DNA of 64,000 bases. Source: Bacillota bacterium (GTDB taxonomy: Bacteria; Bacillota; Limnochordia; DTU087). Below are positions 18,158 through 27,400 of this stretch, one piece after another; within the stretch, counting starts at the first letter, position 1; the number at the start of each line of letters is the position of its first letter. The notes below the pieces were generated by a model, which was not told the DNA's origin, did not search any database, and saw nothing but the letters and a program-made list of their open reading frames with translations. The position numbers and the translations under genes were made by a program. The DNA lies in the NCBI GenBank assembly GCA_012518315.1, contig JAAYSL010000084.1, positions 20,336-84,335 on the forward strand. Reading direction: 5' to 3'.

Positions 18158-18184
18158 TTTGCTTCCTCCTTAAGGCTTAGCTAT

Positions 18185-19216
18185 TTAGCTAAAGACCACT
18201 TTCCCCTCACCGGGAACCAACTCTCCGATGGTATAGGCCTTAAACCCAAGCTGGGACAGTGTTTGGACAGTTTCATCTGCCAGCCCAGGCTTTACCGTTA
18301 CCACCATGCCAATCCCCATATTAAACGTGTCATACATTTCTTCCTCATCGACCTGACCAGCTTTTCGCAGGATGTCGAAGATGGGATGCACAGGCCAAGA
18401 GCCTTTATGGATAACTGCATTGAGGTTAGCAGGCATGGAACGGGGTACATTTTCCGGTATGCCCCCTCCACTAATATTGGCAATGCCCAGAATATCAAGG
18501 TGATTAATCAGATGAAGAATTGGTCTCACATAGACGAGGGTGGGTTCTAGCAGCTCCTCCCCCAGGCTACGCCCTAAGTCATCAAAGTGATCAGAGACCT
18601 TATAGTCATGATCATGGAAGAAGATTTTGCGTACCAAGGAAAAACCACTACTTTGCAGACCACTAGAGGCCAGCCCCACCAGGACATCTCCTGCCTCAGC
18701 CCCTTGACCGGTTATGCAGCGGGATTTTTCTACAACCCCCACCGCAAATCCGGCCAAGTCATATTCGTCCTCTGGGTAGAAGCCTGGCATTTCTGCGGTT
18801 TCGCCCCCTACCAGAGCACAACCGGCCTGGCGACACCCTTCCGCCACTCCTGCCACAATCCTTTCGACTTTCTCGGGATGGGTCTTTCCCACAGCCAAGT
18901 AGTCTAGGAAAAACAAAGGTTCTGCACCCTGGCAAATGATATCATTTACACAATACGCGACAACATCAATCCCAATGGTATCGTGTTTGTCCATCATGAA
19001 AGCAACCTTCAGCTTAGTCCCAACACCATCAGTTCCGGCCACCAACACCGGTTCTCGGTACTTGCTATTGTCTAGAGCAAAAAATGAGCCAAAACTACCG
19101 ATATCTGCTAATACTTCCGGGCGATGGGTGGATTCTGTGTGTTTTCGAATCCGACGAACCACCTCATAGCCTGCCTGAATATCTACACCTGATGCCTTGT
19201 AAGTGCTTTTATCCAA
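18185..19216 (-). CDS. purM: phosphoribosylformylglycinamidine cyclo-ligase (AIR synthetase)
   Basis: KASGVDIQAGYE and AIRS N/C domains. Likely TTG start at 19216 after GGAGGG; the longer ORF extends to 19285. Confidence 0.9.
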   Translation of the reverse strand: MDKSTYKASGVDIQAGYEVVRRIRKHTESTHRPEVLADIGSFGSFFALDNSKYREPVLVAGTDGVGTKLKVAFMMDKHDTIGIDVVAYCVNDIICQGAEPLFFLDYLAVGKTHPEKVERIVAGVAEGCRQAGCALVGGETAEMPGFYPEDEYDLAGFAVGVVEKSRCITGQGAEAGDVLVGLASSGLQSSGFSLVRKIFFHDHDYKVSDHFDDLGRSLGEELLEPTLVYVRPILHLINHLDILGIANISGGGIPENVPRSMPANLNAVIHKGSWPVHPIFDILRKAGQVDEEEMYDTFNMGIGMVVTVKPGLADETVQTLSQLGFKAYTIGELVPGEGKVVFS

Positions 19217-19310
19217 TACTCTTCCCTCCGTTGATTGGATAGGATTGTCTCCAAACCAAATCCTCAACTTGCTCAATCCTTGCATTCTAGCCTCTGTGGC
19301 ACCTCATAGC

Positions 19311-20714
19311 TTAGTTCGCACCGATTGGATACTCACCGGTGAAACAAGCAAGACACAGCTCATCTTTGGGTATTCCGAGAGCTCGAACTAACCCCTCGAC
19401 TGAAATATAGTGCAGAGAATCGGCCTCAATAAGCCTTCTTAGTTCTTCAAGGGTGCGACCTCGGGCAACTAGCTCACTCTTTGATGAAGGTTCAATTCCG
19501 TAGAGACAAGGATACCGATAAGGGGGTGACGCAACGTACATATGAACTTCCCGGGCACCGGCCTCCCTTAGCAAAGCTATAAGTTTGCCAGAAGTTGTCC
19601 CTCGGACGATGGAATCATCCACCACTGCTACCCGTTTTCCCTGGAGCACATCTACCACGGGGTTCAGCTTAATGCGAACAGCCAGCTGACGCCCGGCTTG
19701 AGTAGGCTGCAAGAAAGTCCGCCCCACATAGCGGTTCTTAATCACACCAATTTCAAAAGGCAAGCCCGTGGCTTCGGCAAAACCCAAAGCAGGCGACACG
19801 CCCGAGTCAGGGGCACCAATCACAACATCAGCCCGAGCCATAGTCTCTCTAGCCAGCTCCTGACCAATTGCTTTACGGACAAGGTAGGCATTTTTCCCAC
19901 CTATACAGCTATCCGGACGGGCGAAGTAAATATGCTCGAAGGCACAAAGTGCTTGCTTCTCACTGGGCTTTAGGCTATAAGTATGATAACCTGCTACATC
20001 CAAGGCCACCAGTTCTCCTGGCTTCACCTCCCGGAGAAACTCACCACCCAAATTGGCGATCGCGCAAGACTCTGAGGCTACCATGTAGCCTTCACCCAGC
20101 TTGCCAAGACACAATGGACGATTACCCCAAGGATCCTTGGCAGCCAAGAGCATATCCTCACTTAGAATCACCAAGGCATAGGCTCCCCGGATGAGTTCCA
20201 AGGTTTTGGCTACTGCTGCCGGTAAGTCATTCTCGCCACTTTGGGCAATCAAGTTAAGGATAACTTCCGAGTCTGTATTGGTCTGAAGCACAGTACCCCT
20301 CTCCAGAAGCTGTTGCCTGAGTTCTCTGCCGTTAACGAGACTCCCATTCTGGGCAATCGCTAAGCTGCCAAATGACGAGCGCACCCAAAGTGGTTGGGTA
20401 TTAATCACGTGTCTATCCGCCTCGGTGGATAGACGTACATGGCCAATCCCAGCAAAACCCGGCAGCTCATTCAAAGAATCCTGATCAAACACTTCAGGCA
20501 CTAAGCCTGGACCTTTACCAAGCCACATCTTGTTCCCATCAAAAGTAACTATCCCGGCACTCTCTTGCCCTCGATGCTGTAGGGCATAAAGCCCAAGATA
20601 ACACAGGGACGCAGCCGGTACGCTGGTATCTTTACCCCAAATCCCCACAACACCACAGGCTTCCTGTGGCTTGCCGAGACTATGATTAGTCGCCCTCACG
20701 GCTCCATCTGGCAT
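19311..20714 (-). CDS. purF: amidophosphoribosyltransferase
   Basis: CGVVGIWG Ntn start, PRTase motif and C-terminal Cys ligands. ATG 20714 lies just after the purL stop; the longer ORF (to 21011) overlaps purL. Confidence 0.9.
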   Translation of the reverse strand: MPDGAVRATNHSLGKPQEACGVVGIWGKDTSVPAASLCYLGLYALQHRGQESAGIVTFDGNKMWLGKGPGLVPEVFDQDSLNELPGFAGIGHVRLSTEADRHVINTQPLWVRSSFGSLAIAQNGSLVNGRELRQQLLERGTVLQTNTDSEVILNLIAQSGENDLPAAVAKTLELIRGAYALVILSEDMLLAAKDPWGNRPLCLGKLGEGYMVASESCAIANLGGEFLREVKPGELVALDVAGYHTYSLKPSEKQALCAFEHIYFARPDSCIGGKNAYLVRKAIGQELARETMARADVVIGAPDSGVSPALGFAEATGLPFEIGVIKNRYVGRTFLQPTQAGRQLAVRIKLNPVVDVLQGKRVAVVDDSIVRGTTSGKLIALLREAGAREVHMYVASPPYRYPCLYGIEPSSKSELVARGRTLEELRRLIEADSLHYISVEGLVRALGIPKDELCLACFTGEYPIGAN

Positions 20715-22939
20715 TTGATTGCCCCCCGCCAGGTGCTCTTTAGCTCTTGTACTGACAGATTTACGCAGATCTCTTCTGTATTGTTCTTGCCATCTACCAA
20801 CTGGGTAATTCGCAGGCTTCCAGCCTCCACTTGGCCAATCACACTTAGAGGAACACCTTGCTCTTTTGCCAACTGCTGCAATCGCTGTAGCTTTTCCGAG
20901 GGAAGTGAAACAACTATCCGGCTGTGACTCTCCCCATAGAGTAATGCCGCCTTCGATATGACACTCTCTTTTAGGGTAACCTTGGCTCCCAGCTCCCCTA
21001 AGATACAGCACTCTGCCAAAGCTACGGCCAAGCCGCCTTCACTGCAATCATGAGCCGAGCTAACTAATCCTTCTTTGATGGCCGCAAGGCATAGATCCTG
21101 TACCTTTTTCTCCAAGGCCAGATCAAGTTTTGGTGGGCAGCCAGTTACAAGACCGTGCACTACCTGCAAATATTCACTACCTCCCAATTCCCCTAGGTTT
21201 TCTCCCAAAAGGACGATGGTATCCCCCACTTGTTTGAAGCCTTGAGTGCAGATATGGGCTCGATCTTCGATTAGGCCCACCATACCAATAACAGGAGTAG
21301 GATAGATAGCCTTGCCATTGCTTTCGTTGTAGAAGGATACATTGCCGCCGATGACAGGTGTGTCAAGCATGTGACAGGCCTCAGCAATTCCATCAATAGT
21401 CTGGGAGAATTGCCAGTAGATCTCGGGTTTTTCTGGATTACCGAAATTGAGTCCATCGGTTACCGCAAGAGGTTTCGCCCCACTACAAACAAGATTCCTC
21501 GCAGCTTCAGCCACAGCTGCCGCGGCACCCGAGGCAGGATCAAGATAGCAAAGCCGGGCATTACAGTCTACACTTAAGCCAATAGCTTTATTGGTGCCCG
21601 TAATCCCAATGATCCCAGCTCCTGTAAGGCCTGGTGGTACCAAGGCGTTGCCACCGGCAGAATAGTCATATTGCTGAAAAACCCATTCCTTGCTGGCGAT
21701 ATTTGGAGAAGCGAGAAGTTGGAGTAGAGTTTGATTATGGTCCTCTGGTTCTGGCAGACTAGCAGGTTCAAACTGGGAGATTTCGTCTAGATAGTCTGGG
21801 CGCCGTGAGTTGGGATGGTAAATTGGGGCACTCGCTAGGGCTTGGGCAGGCACTTCAGCCAGCACCTTGCCACTAGATGTGAGGCGCAAAAGGCCGTCAT
21901 CAGTAACTCTGCCAACTGTAGCGATAGGTACATCCCAGCGATTAAAGATAGCTTCAATGGCAGCTTCACATCCTGCCTTGACAACAAAGAGCATGCGTTC
22001 TTGGGTTTCCGAAAGCATGATCTCATAGGGAGTCATGTCCGGCTCACCCACCGGGATTAGATCCATATCTAGCTCGATACCGTGTTGTCCTCTAGCCGCC
22101 ATCTCCGCGGCAGAACTAGTTAGACCCGCAGCACCCATATCCTGAATACCCACTAGATGGCCTGACTTGATAGCTTCTAGACAAGCTTCGATTAGTCGCT
22201 TGCCCATCTCGGGATAGCCTTTCGGTATAGCAGAGCGCCGCTCTTGGGACTCTTCCGTCAGTTCACCTGAGGCAAAGGCGGCACCTTCGATACCATCCCT
22301 GCCAGTAGGGGTGCCGGCCGCCATGACCGGGTTACCTGCCCCAGTGGCTATACCTTTGGCGATGGGATCATCCTTGTCAAGCAGTCCTACTGCCATAGCA
22401 TTTACTAGGCAATTACCGCTGTAGGAATCATCAAAGTAGATCTCTCCGGCGATCATAGGGACTTCCACTGTATTGCCATATCCCGCCATACCAGCCACCG
22501 CACCTTCTAGGAGCCATCGTTGATGCGGATCAGCTAGATTGCCAAACCTCAGTGAGTTCAGACCGGCCACTGGCCTGGCGCCCATGGTGAAGATATCTCT
22601 TAAGATCCCGCCCACTCCTGTGGCGGCTCCTGCATAGGGCTCAATCGCAGATGGGTGATTGTGGCTCTCGATTTTGAAAACTACCGCTTGTCCATCATGA
22701 ATATCGACAATACCCGCATTTTCACCAGGCCCTTGCAGTACATGACTACCTTCGGTTGGCAGCCGCCCGAGTAAAGCCCGGGAATACTTGTACCCACAGT
22801 GTTCTGACCACATCACGGAGAATAGAGCTAATTCCAGTTCATTTGGTGTACGATCCATGTGTTTTTCGATCTGCTGATACTCCTCGGCTGTAAGCCCCAT
22901 CTCTTCCCAGATGTTGCGCTTTTGCTTTTCCGATACCAC
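20696..22939 (-). CDS. purL: phosphoribosylformylglycinamidine synthase subunit PurL (small type, 747 aa)
   Basis: Two AIRS-like repeats (MWSEHCGYK..., GIQDMGAAGL...). Confidence 0.9.
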   Translation of the reverse strand: MVSEKQKRNIWEEMGLTAEEYQQIEKHMDRTPNELELALFSVMWSEHCGYKYSRALLGRLPTEGSHVLQGPGENAGIVDIHDGQAVVFKIESHNHPSAIEPYAGAATGVGGILRDIFTMGARPVAGLNSLRFGNLADPHQRWLLEGAVAGMAGYGNTVEVPMIAGEIYFDDSYSGNCLVNAMAVGLLDKDDPIAKGIATGAGNPVMAAGTPTGRDGIEGAAFASGELTEESQERRSAIPKGYPEMGKRLIEACLEAIKSGHLVGIQDMGAAGLTSSAAEMAARGQHGIELDMDLIPVGEPDMTPYEIMLSETQERMLFVVKAGCEAAIEAIFNRWDVPIATVGRVTDDGLLRLTSSGKVLAEVPAQALASAPIYHPNSRRPDYLDEISQFEPASLPEPEDHNQTLLQLLASPNIASKEWVFQQYDYSAGGNALVPPGLTGAGIIGITGTNKAIGLSVDCNARLCYLDPASGAAAAVAEAARNLVCSGAKPLAVTDGLNFGNPEKPEIYWQFSQTIDGIAEACHMLDTPVIGGNVSFYNESNGKAIYPTPVIGMVGLIEDRAHICTQGFKQVGDTIVLLGENLGELGGSEYLQVVHGLVTGCPPKLDLALEKKVQDLCLAAIKEGLVSSAHDCSEGGLAVALAECCILGELGAKVTLKESVISKAALLYGESHSRIVVSLPSEKLQRLQQLAKEQGVPLSVIGQVEAGSLRITQLVDGKNNTEEICVNLSVQELKSTWRGAIKCQMEP

Positions 22940-23043
22940 CGTTTATTGCCTCCTTGTCTTAGGGCTCTTTTTGCCCTACCTATCATCCCGGCTCTTTACA
23001 CAATTAGTTTATCCCTAAATTTATCCTTAGAAAGCAAAGGGCA

Positions 23044-23076
23044 GGTAGGTTACACTTATGCTATGTGAAACCTACC
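23044..23076. other. 12-bp stem hairpin in the purE-purL gap (possible internal terminator or attenuator)
   Basis: GGTAGGTTACAC-(9 nt)-GTGAAACCTACC, with one mismatch. T-rich flank on the minus strand (CUUUGCUUUC). Confidence 0.3.
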
Positions 23077-23264
23077 CGCCCAGGCTTTTATCCTTCTAGG
23101 GTGTAGCACTGTTACATGAACAGTGCCTGCACCACTTGGTCCAGACCCGCCTATAGGCGACGGAACCCTAGGTGCACTTTCAGCTAAGAAATCTTATTTA
23201 CTTGTCTGTCGGTTATCTATGTCAATTATAGCAGGGGTATGGTATGAGTGCAACTTCTAAACCC

Positions 23265-23819
23265 TTACTTGCCAGCCTCTTTCGCCCTAGCTAAGTAGCC
23301 ATGGTATCCTAATTTCTGAAGCTTAGTGTTTTTATCTAGTACTCCCTTTGCTTGCTCCTTACGATACGCTTCTAGTTTATGGTACCAAACAGGATCGGCC
23401 AAACCTAAGAGCTCCACCGCCAACAAGGCTGCGTTTTTACCGGCACCAATTCCGACTGTTGCCACAGGTATGCCTGGCGGCATTTGCACCATGGCATAAA
23501 GGGCATCTATGCCCCGTAGTTCACCACTAGCAATAGGTACCCCAATCACCGGCAAGGTGGTATACGCTGCCAAAACCCCAGGTAAGTGGGCGGCCATTCC
23601 GGCAGCCGCGATAATCACCTTCAGGCCTCGCTCCCTGGCGGTGGCGGCGTAGTTGGCTGCCTCAGTTGGAGTTCGATGGGCCGACAGAATCTGAACCTCG
23701 AACGGCACATCCCACTTCTCCAGTATCTCTAGACCAGGTGTGAGCACAGGTAGATCGCTATCACTACCCAGCACTACCCCGACTACGGGGGATTTTCCAG
23801 GCACTGCCTGCATATCCAT
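23265..23819 (-). CDS. purE: N5-carboxyaminoimidazole ribonucleotide mutase
   Basis: VVGVVLGSDSDLPV...IIAAAGMAAHLPGV, the PurE fold signature. Confidence 0.9.
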   Translation of the reverse strand: MDMQAVPGKSPVVGVVLGSDSDLPVLTPGLEILEKWDVPFEVQILSAHRTPTEAANYAATARERGLKVIIAAAGMAAHLPGVLAAYTTLPVIGVPIASGELRGIDALYAMVQMPPGIPVATVGIGAGKNAALLAVELLGLADPVWYHKLEAYRKEQAKGVLDKNTKLQKLGYHGYLARAKEAGK

Positions 23820-23822
23820 GGA

Positions 23823-24647
23823 TTATCCTTCCATCCCTTTCCATAGAATTGACTGTAGCTTTGGCAACGCCGATTCCATTGCCTCCCTGCCAAGTCTGAT
23901 GAATTCATCTACAGCCCGAAAGTCGGTCAACCCCAACCCTGCTAGATTAGGGGTGATGGCAAGATCAGCCCTGCCTAGCTGCTCTTCTACGTGGGCTCGC
24001 TGTAAAATGCTGATGGCTTGCTGAATTGCCTCCGCGGGGCGCTCAGGCTTCCCGCTATCCAAAAAAGAGCCATTAAGACTAACCGCCAACACCACATCCA
24101 CATCCATTTCCCGGGCTGTAGTCACCGGAACATTCTGCGTGAGTCCACCATCTACTAGTAGCCGCCCTTGGTATTCCACCGGCGCGTAGATCCCCGGTAC
24201 CGTAGCACTCACCCGGGCAGCCCATGCTACATCCCCACTGGCGAAGACTACTGACTCACCACTAACCAAGTCAGAGGTAACCACTGCGAGTGGTACCCGC
24301 AGCTCGTTGAAGCTCTTGTTTTTGGTGTGGCGTCTTAGCCATTTTTCTATGCCAACAGAGCGAAGCAAGCCTGATCTTAAAGAGACATCCTTGGCTAGAA
24401 ACCACCAGTTGCTCCGTCTGGCAACCTCTGCTAATTCATCTGGTGTAAACCCAGATGCGATCATTGCACCTACCATGGCTCCAGCGCTTGTGCCGGCAAT
24501 AGCCCTTACTGGGATATGGTTCTCCCATAAGACTTGCAGAACCCCCACATGGGCGATTCCCCGGGCGGCGCCACCACCAAGAGCGAGTCCCAAACGCAAG
24601 GGCTCATTTGTATTCTCTGTCAAGTCCAACATCATCCTAGCATGCAT
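23823..24647 (-). CDS. patatin-like phospholipase (RssA family)
   Basis: GGGAARGIAHVGVL and GTSAGA nucleophile elbow, plus DGG. Confidence 0.8.
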   Translation of the reverse strand: MHARMMLDLTENTNEPLRLGLALGGGAARGIAHVGVLQVLWENHIPVRAIAGTSAGAMVGAMIASGFTPDELAEVARRSNWWFLAKDVSLRSGLLRSVGIEKWLRRHTKNKSFNELRVPLAVVTSDLVSGESVVFASGDVAWAARVSATVPGIYAPVEYQGRLLVDGGLTQNVPVTTAREMDVDVVLAVSLNGSFLDSGKPERPAEAIQQAISILQRAHVEEQLGRADLAITPNLAGLGLTDFRAVDEFIRLGREAMESALPKLQSILWKGMEG

Positions 24648-24677
24648 TGTTGCAGCCCTAATCCCTGCTTACTCTAC

Positions 24678-25472
24678 CTAAGAAGAAATCGCTGTCCTTA
24701 GATCAGCGAGGGTTCTGCGTTCTAGCCGGGACACGTGCATCTGAGAGATGCCCAGCATCTCCCCCACCATACTCTGGGAAAGACCTTCTACATAGCGAAG
24801 GTAAAGGATTTGACGCTGCCTAGGTTCAAGGCCAGCCATCATATCTTTGAGTAGCAAGCGGTTCTCCACCGTGTCATAGTCACCATCGGTATCACCCAGG
24901 AAGTCTTCCAGCACCATCTCATCCCCATTGGTTTCCTGATGAAAGGATGCAGATATCCGATTTGGCCCAGCCTCTGAAGCCTCAATTAGCTTTTCTTCTT
25001 CCACATTTAGCCACTGACTAATATCCTTCAAAGTGGGGTTTCTTCCCAATTTATTGGATAAGTAAGCCCGGGCTTCCTCCATCTGGTAGTACAACTGCTT
25101 GGCTTCCCGACCGATTTTCACACTCCAGGTACTGTCTCTAAGATAACGTTTGATCTCGCCAACAATAGTTGGTGTCGCATAGGTGACGAATTGAACATTA
25201 TGGCTACTGTCAAATCGCTTGAGAGCTTTCGTAAGACCAATGCCTCCGACCTGGATGAGATCTTCCCGCAACTCCGGATCTTTCGTGAACTTGTTTGCCA
25301 GATACTCCACCAGTTCCCAATGGGCTTGTACCAAGACTTCCAGCAATTCCGGTGATTGGTGTTTCTCATAGGACATGAGATACTCCGTCACCAGTTGTTT
25401 GTCCCTTCTGTACGAGAGATTCCTGTGGGAGACCATTTCCAATGCCAACATTCTATCCCTCCTCGGTGCCAA
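24678..25472 (-). CDS. RNA polymerase sigma factor, group 3 (SigB/SigF/SigG-like)
   Basis: Region 2 (DLIQVGGIGLTKALKRFD...PTIVGEIKRYLRDSTWSVKI) and region 4 (GISQMHVSRLERR), closely resembling SigB-type sigma factors. Confidence 0.8.
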   Translation of the reverse strand: MAPRRDRMLALEMVSHRNLSYRRDKQLVTEYLMSYEKHQSPELLEVLVQAHWELVEYLANKFTKDPELREDLIQVGGIGLTKALKRFDSSHNVQFVTYATPTIVGEIKRYLRDSTWSVKIGREAKQLYYQMEEARAYLSNKLGRNPTLKDISQWLNVEEEKLIEASEAGPNRISASFHQETNGDEMVLEDFLGDTDGDYDTVENRLLLKDMMAGLEPRQRQILYLRYVEGLSQSMVGEMLGISQMHVSRLERRTLADLRTAISS

Positions 25473-25639
25473 GTCTTACCTGCTCTTTGGTTGCACCTAA
25501 TGCTGAGCTACTAGTTTGCGATCATCCATCTCACGTGAACCCAATTCGGTGTGCCTCTGCTAACAAATTGTTAGTAATGACTCCGCTTAACTAGTATATT
25601 CCAGCTTGCCAAGGAGAGTCCTGCCGACGAATGTAACAG

Positions 25640-27376
25640 TTATATTAAATTGTTATCATTCCTAATAACGCCATCGGGGGCTGAGGAATTATTCTCCAAC
25701 GGAACTGTCTCATGAAAACAGCTGCCCCCGATAAACTCCCGCAAAATGGAGGTGGCCGGTATATCCCCTTCATTAAGGGGTAAGAAGTAACTCAAGAATT
25801 TCAATAGCCGCTTAGCTTCGGTGTACCCAGGTTCACTCTGGCCGATTGCTTTCAGCAAGGGCTCTGCCTGTGTCTTAAGAACCGCCAACTCATAGACAAG
25901 GGCCGAATTGAACATGATATCGGCTTGCTCCTGGAAGGGAAAGATATTTCTTCTTTCTCCTTGCCGAACTGAACTCCAAAGCCGCAGAGTATTCTCGGCA
26001 GAATGAGAACGGAATTGATAATCCCTTACCATCCGCCGCAAGAGGCGAACATCAGTCGTAGGGATCCGATTGTGATCATCAATATTGAGCTGTGTCAAGG
26101 CACTGATATAGATTTTGAATTTGTTGCCACTGGGAATGGACTGAGTTAGCCGGTCGTTGAGGCCATGAATCCCCTCGATGATGATTGGCTCACCTGGGGC
26201 CACCCGTAGTGTCTTTCCGGTATACTCCCTTTTCCCGGTGATAAAGTTAAACGAGGGGATCTCCACCTCCTCACCCTGGATTAACTCCGAAAGGTGAGTA
26301 TTGAACAGTTCAAGGTCAATGGCTTCAATGGACTCGAAGTCATATTCATCATGTTCATCCCGGGGAGTGTTTTCCCGATCGAGAAAATAATCATCTAGAT
26401 GAATCGCGACTGGATGAAGTCCATTAACCCGTAGCTGGATAGATAGCCTTTGGGCAAAGGTGGTCTTTCCTGATGAGGATGGCCCAGCAATGAGAATGAT
26501 TCTTAAGGTTGCATGTCGCTTGAGAATCATGTCTGCCATCTGGGCGATTTTCTTCTCATGCAAGGCTTCAGCGATACGGATTAGATCCCCACTGCCCCCT
26601 CCGGCAATGATGTCATTGAGGGCGGATACTGTACCCACATTGAGGATATTGCCCCAATGCTCTGCCTCCCGGTGTACACTCGCCAGTTGAGGCTGCTCCC
26701 GGTAAGGTGGAATCACATCGGGGTTTTGGGGATCGGGAATCTGCAAAATAAACCCAGGCAAGTAGAAACGTAATCGGAACTTAGATAAATACCCGGTACT
26801 AGGCACCATGTAGCCATAGAAGTAGTCGTAAAGCCAGCCACTGCGATAGACATTGATGGTATCTGCTTCTCGGAACTTGAGTAGATTGACCTTGTCTAGT
26901 TGATTATCCTTCAAGAAAAGCTCCCGAGCCGCCCCTTTGGGCATAACGAATTTCTCAAGGGCTTCGTCTCGGGCAATGATCTCCTGCATTCTCCGTTCAA
27001 TATCTCTTAGATCCTTCTCCATCAATGCTCTTTCGAAATGAATCTCACCATAGAGCCCATTACTTAAGGAATGCTCAATAGTGACCCTACACTCAGGGAG
27101 GGTCTCCCTCGCCGCACGGATCAGAATAAAGGTGACGCTACGCTGGTAAATACGGTATCCATCTCTGTTTTCCAGTCCAAAGAACGAGATCGCACAGTCT
27201 TGGGTAATAATCTGGGTTAGCTCCCGTAGGTCATTGTCAACATAGGCGGCGAGAACGTTACGCCAAGTATCGGGCCAACAGTCTTTTGCCAACTCCTCTA
27301 GGGTAGTCCCTACCGCAATTCGACGCTTGCCTACTCCCTCAATTTCTACCTCGATATAGGAGCTATTAACCTCCAT
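25640..27376 (-). CDS. uridine/nucleoside kinase fused to N-terminal TGS / ThrRS-like domains
   Basis: C-terminal P-loop kinase (IAGPSSSGKTTFAQRL, ...IIEGIHGL). The N-terminal 290 aa resemble a TGS plus second-additional-domain arrangement. Confidence 0.65.
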   Translation of the reverse strand: MEVNSSYIEVEIEGVGKRRIAVGTTLEELAKDCWPDTWRNVLAAYVDNDLRELTQIITQDCAISFFGLENRDGYRIYQRSVTFILIRAARETLPECRVTIEHSLSNGLYGEIHFERALMEKDLRDIERRMQEIIARDEALEKFVMPKGAARELFLKDNQLDKVNLLKFREADTINVYRSGWLYDYFYGYMVPSTGYLSKFRLRFYLPGFILQIPDPQNPDVIPPYREQPQLASVHREAEHWGNILNVGTVSALNDIIAGGGSGDLIRIAEALHEKKIAQMADMILKRHATLRIILIAGPSSSGKTTFAQRLSIQLRVNGLHPVAIHLDDYFLDRENTPRDEHDEYDFESIEAIDLELFNTHLSELIQGEEVEIPSFNFITGKREYTGKTLRVAPGEPIIIEGIHGLNDRLTQSIPSGNKFKIYISALTQLNIDDHNRIPTTDVRLLRRMVRDYQFRSHSAENTLRLWSSVRQGERRNIFPFQEQADIMFNSALVYELAVLKTQAEPLLKAIGQSEPGYTEAKRLLKFLSYFLPLNEGDIPATSILREFIGGSCFHETVPLENNSSAPDGVIRNDNNLI

Positions 27377-27400
27377 GTAGACACCCCCACAAACAGTGTA

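Noticed and set aside
19698-20194. ORFs 19698-19973(+) and 19868-20194(+) inside purF
   Set aside because: Antisense frames within a gene with unmistakable PurF motifs.
22940-23264. Possible purine (guanine/adenine) riboswitch upstream of purL
   Set aside because: I read the minus-strand sequence for the conserved J1/2, L2/L3 and J2/3 boxes (UAUA...GGAUAUGG...GUUUCUACC...CCGUAAAU) and found none. Only a generic hairpin is present.
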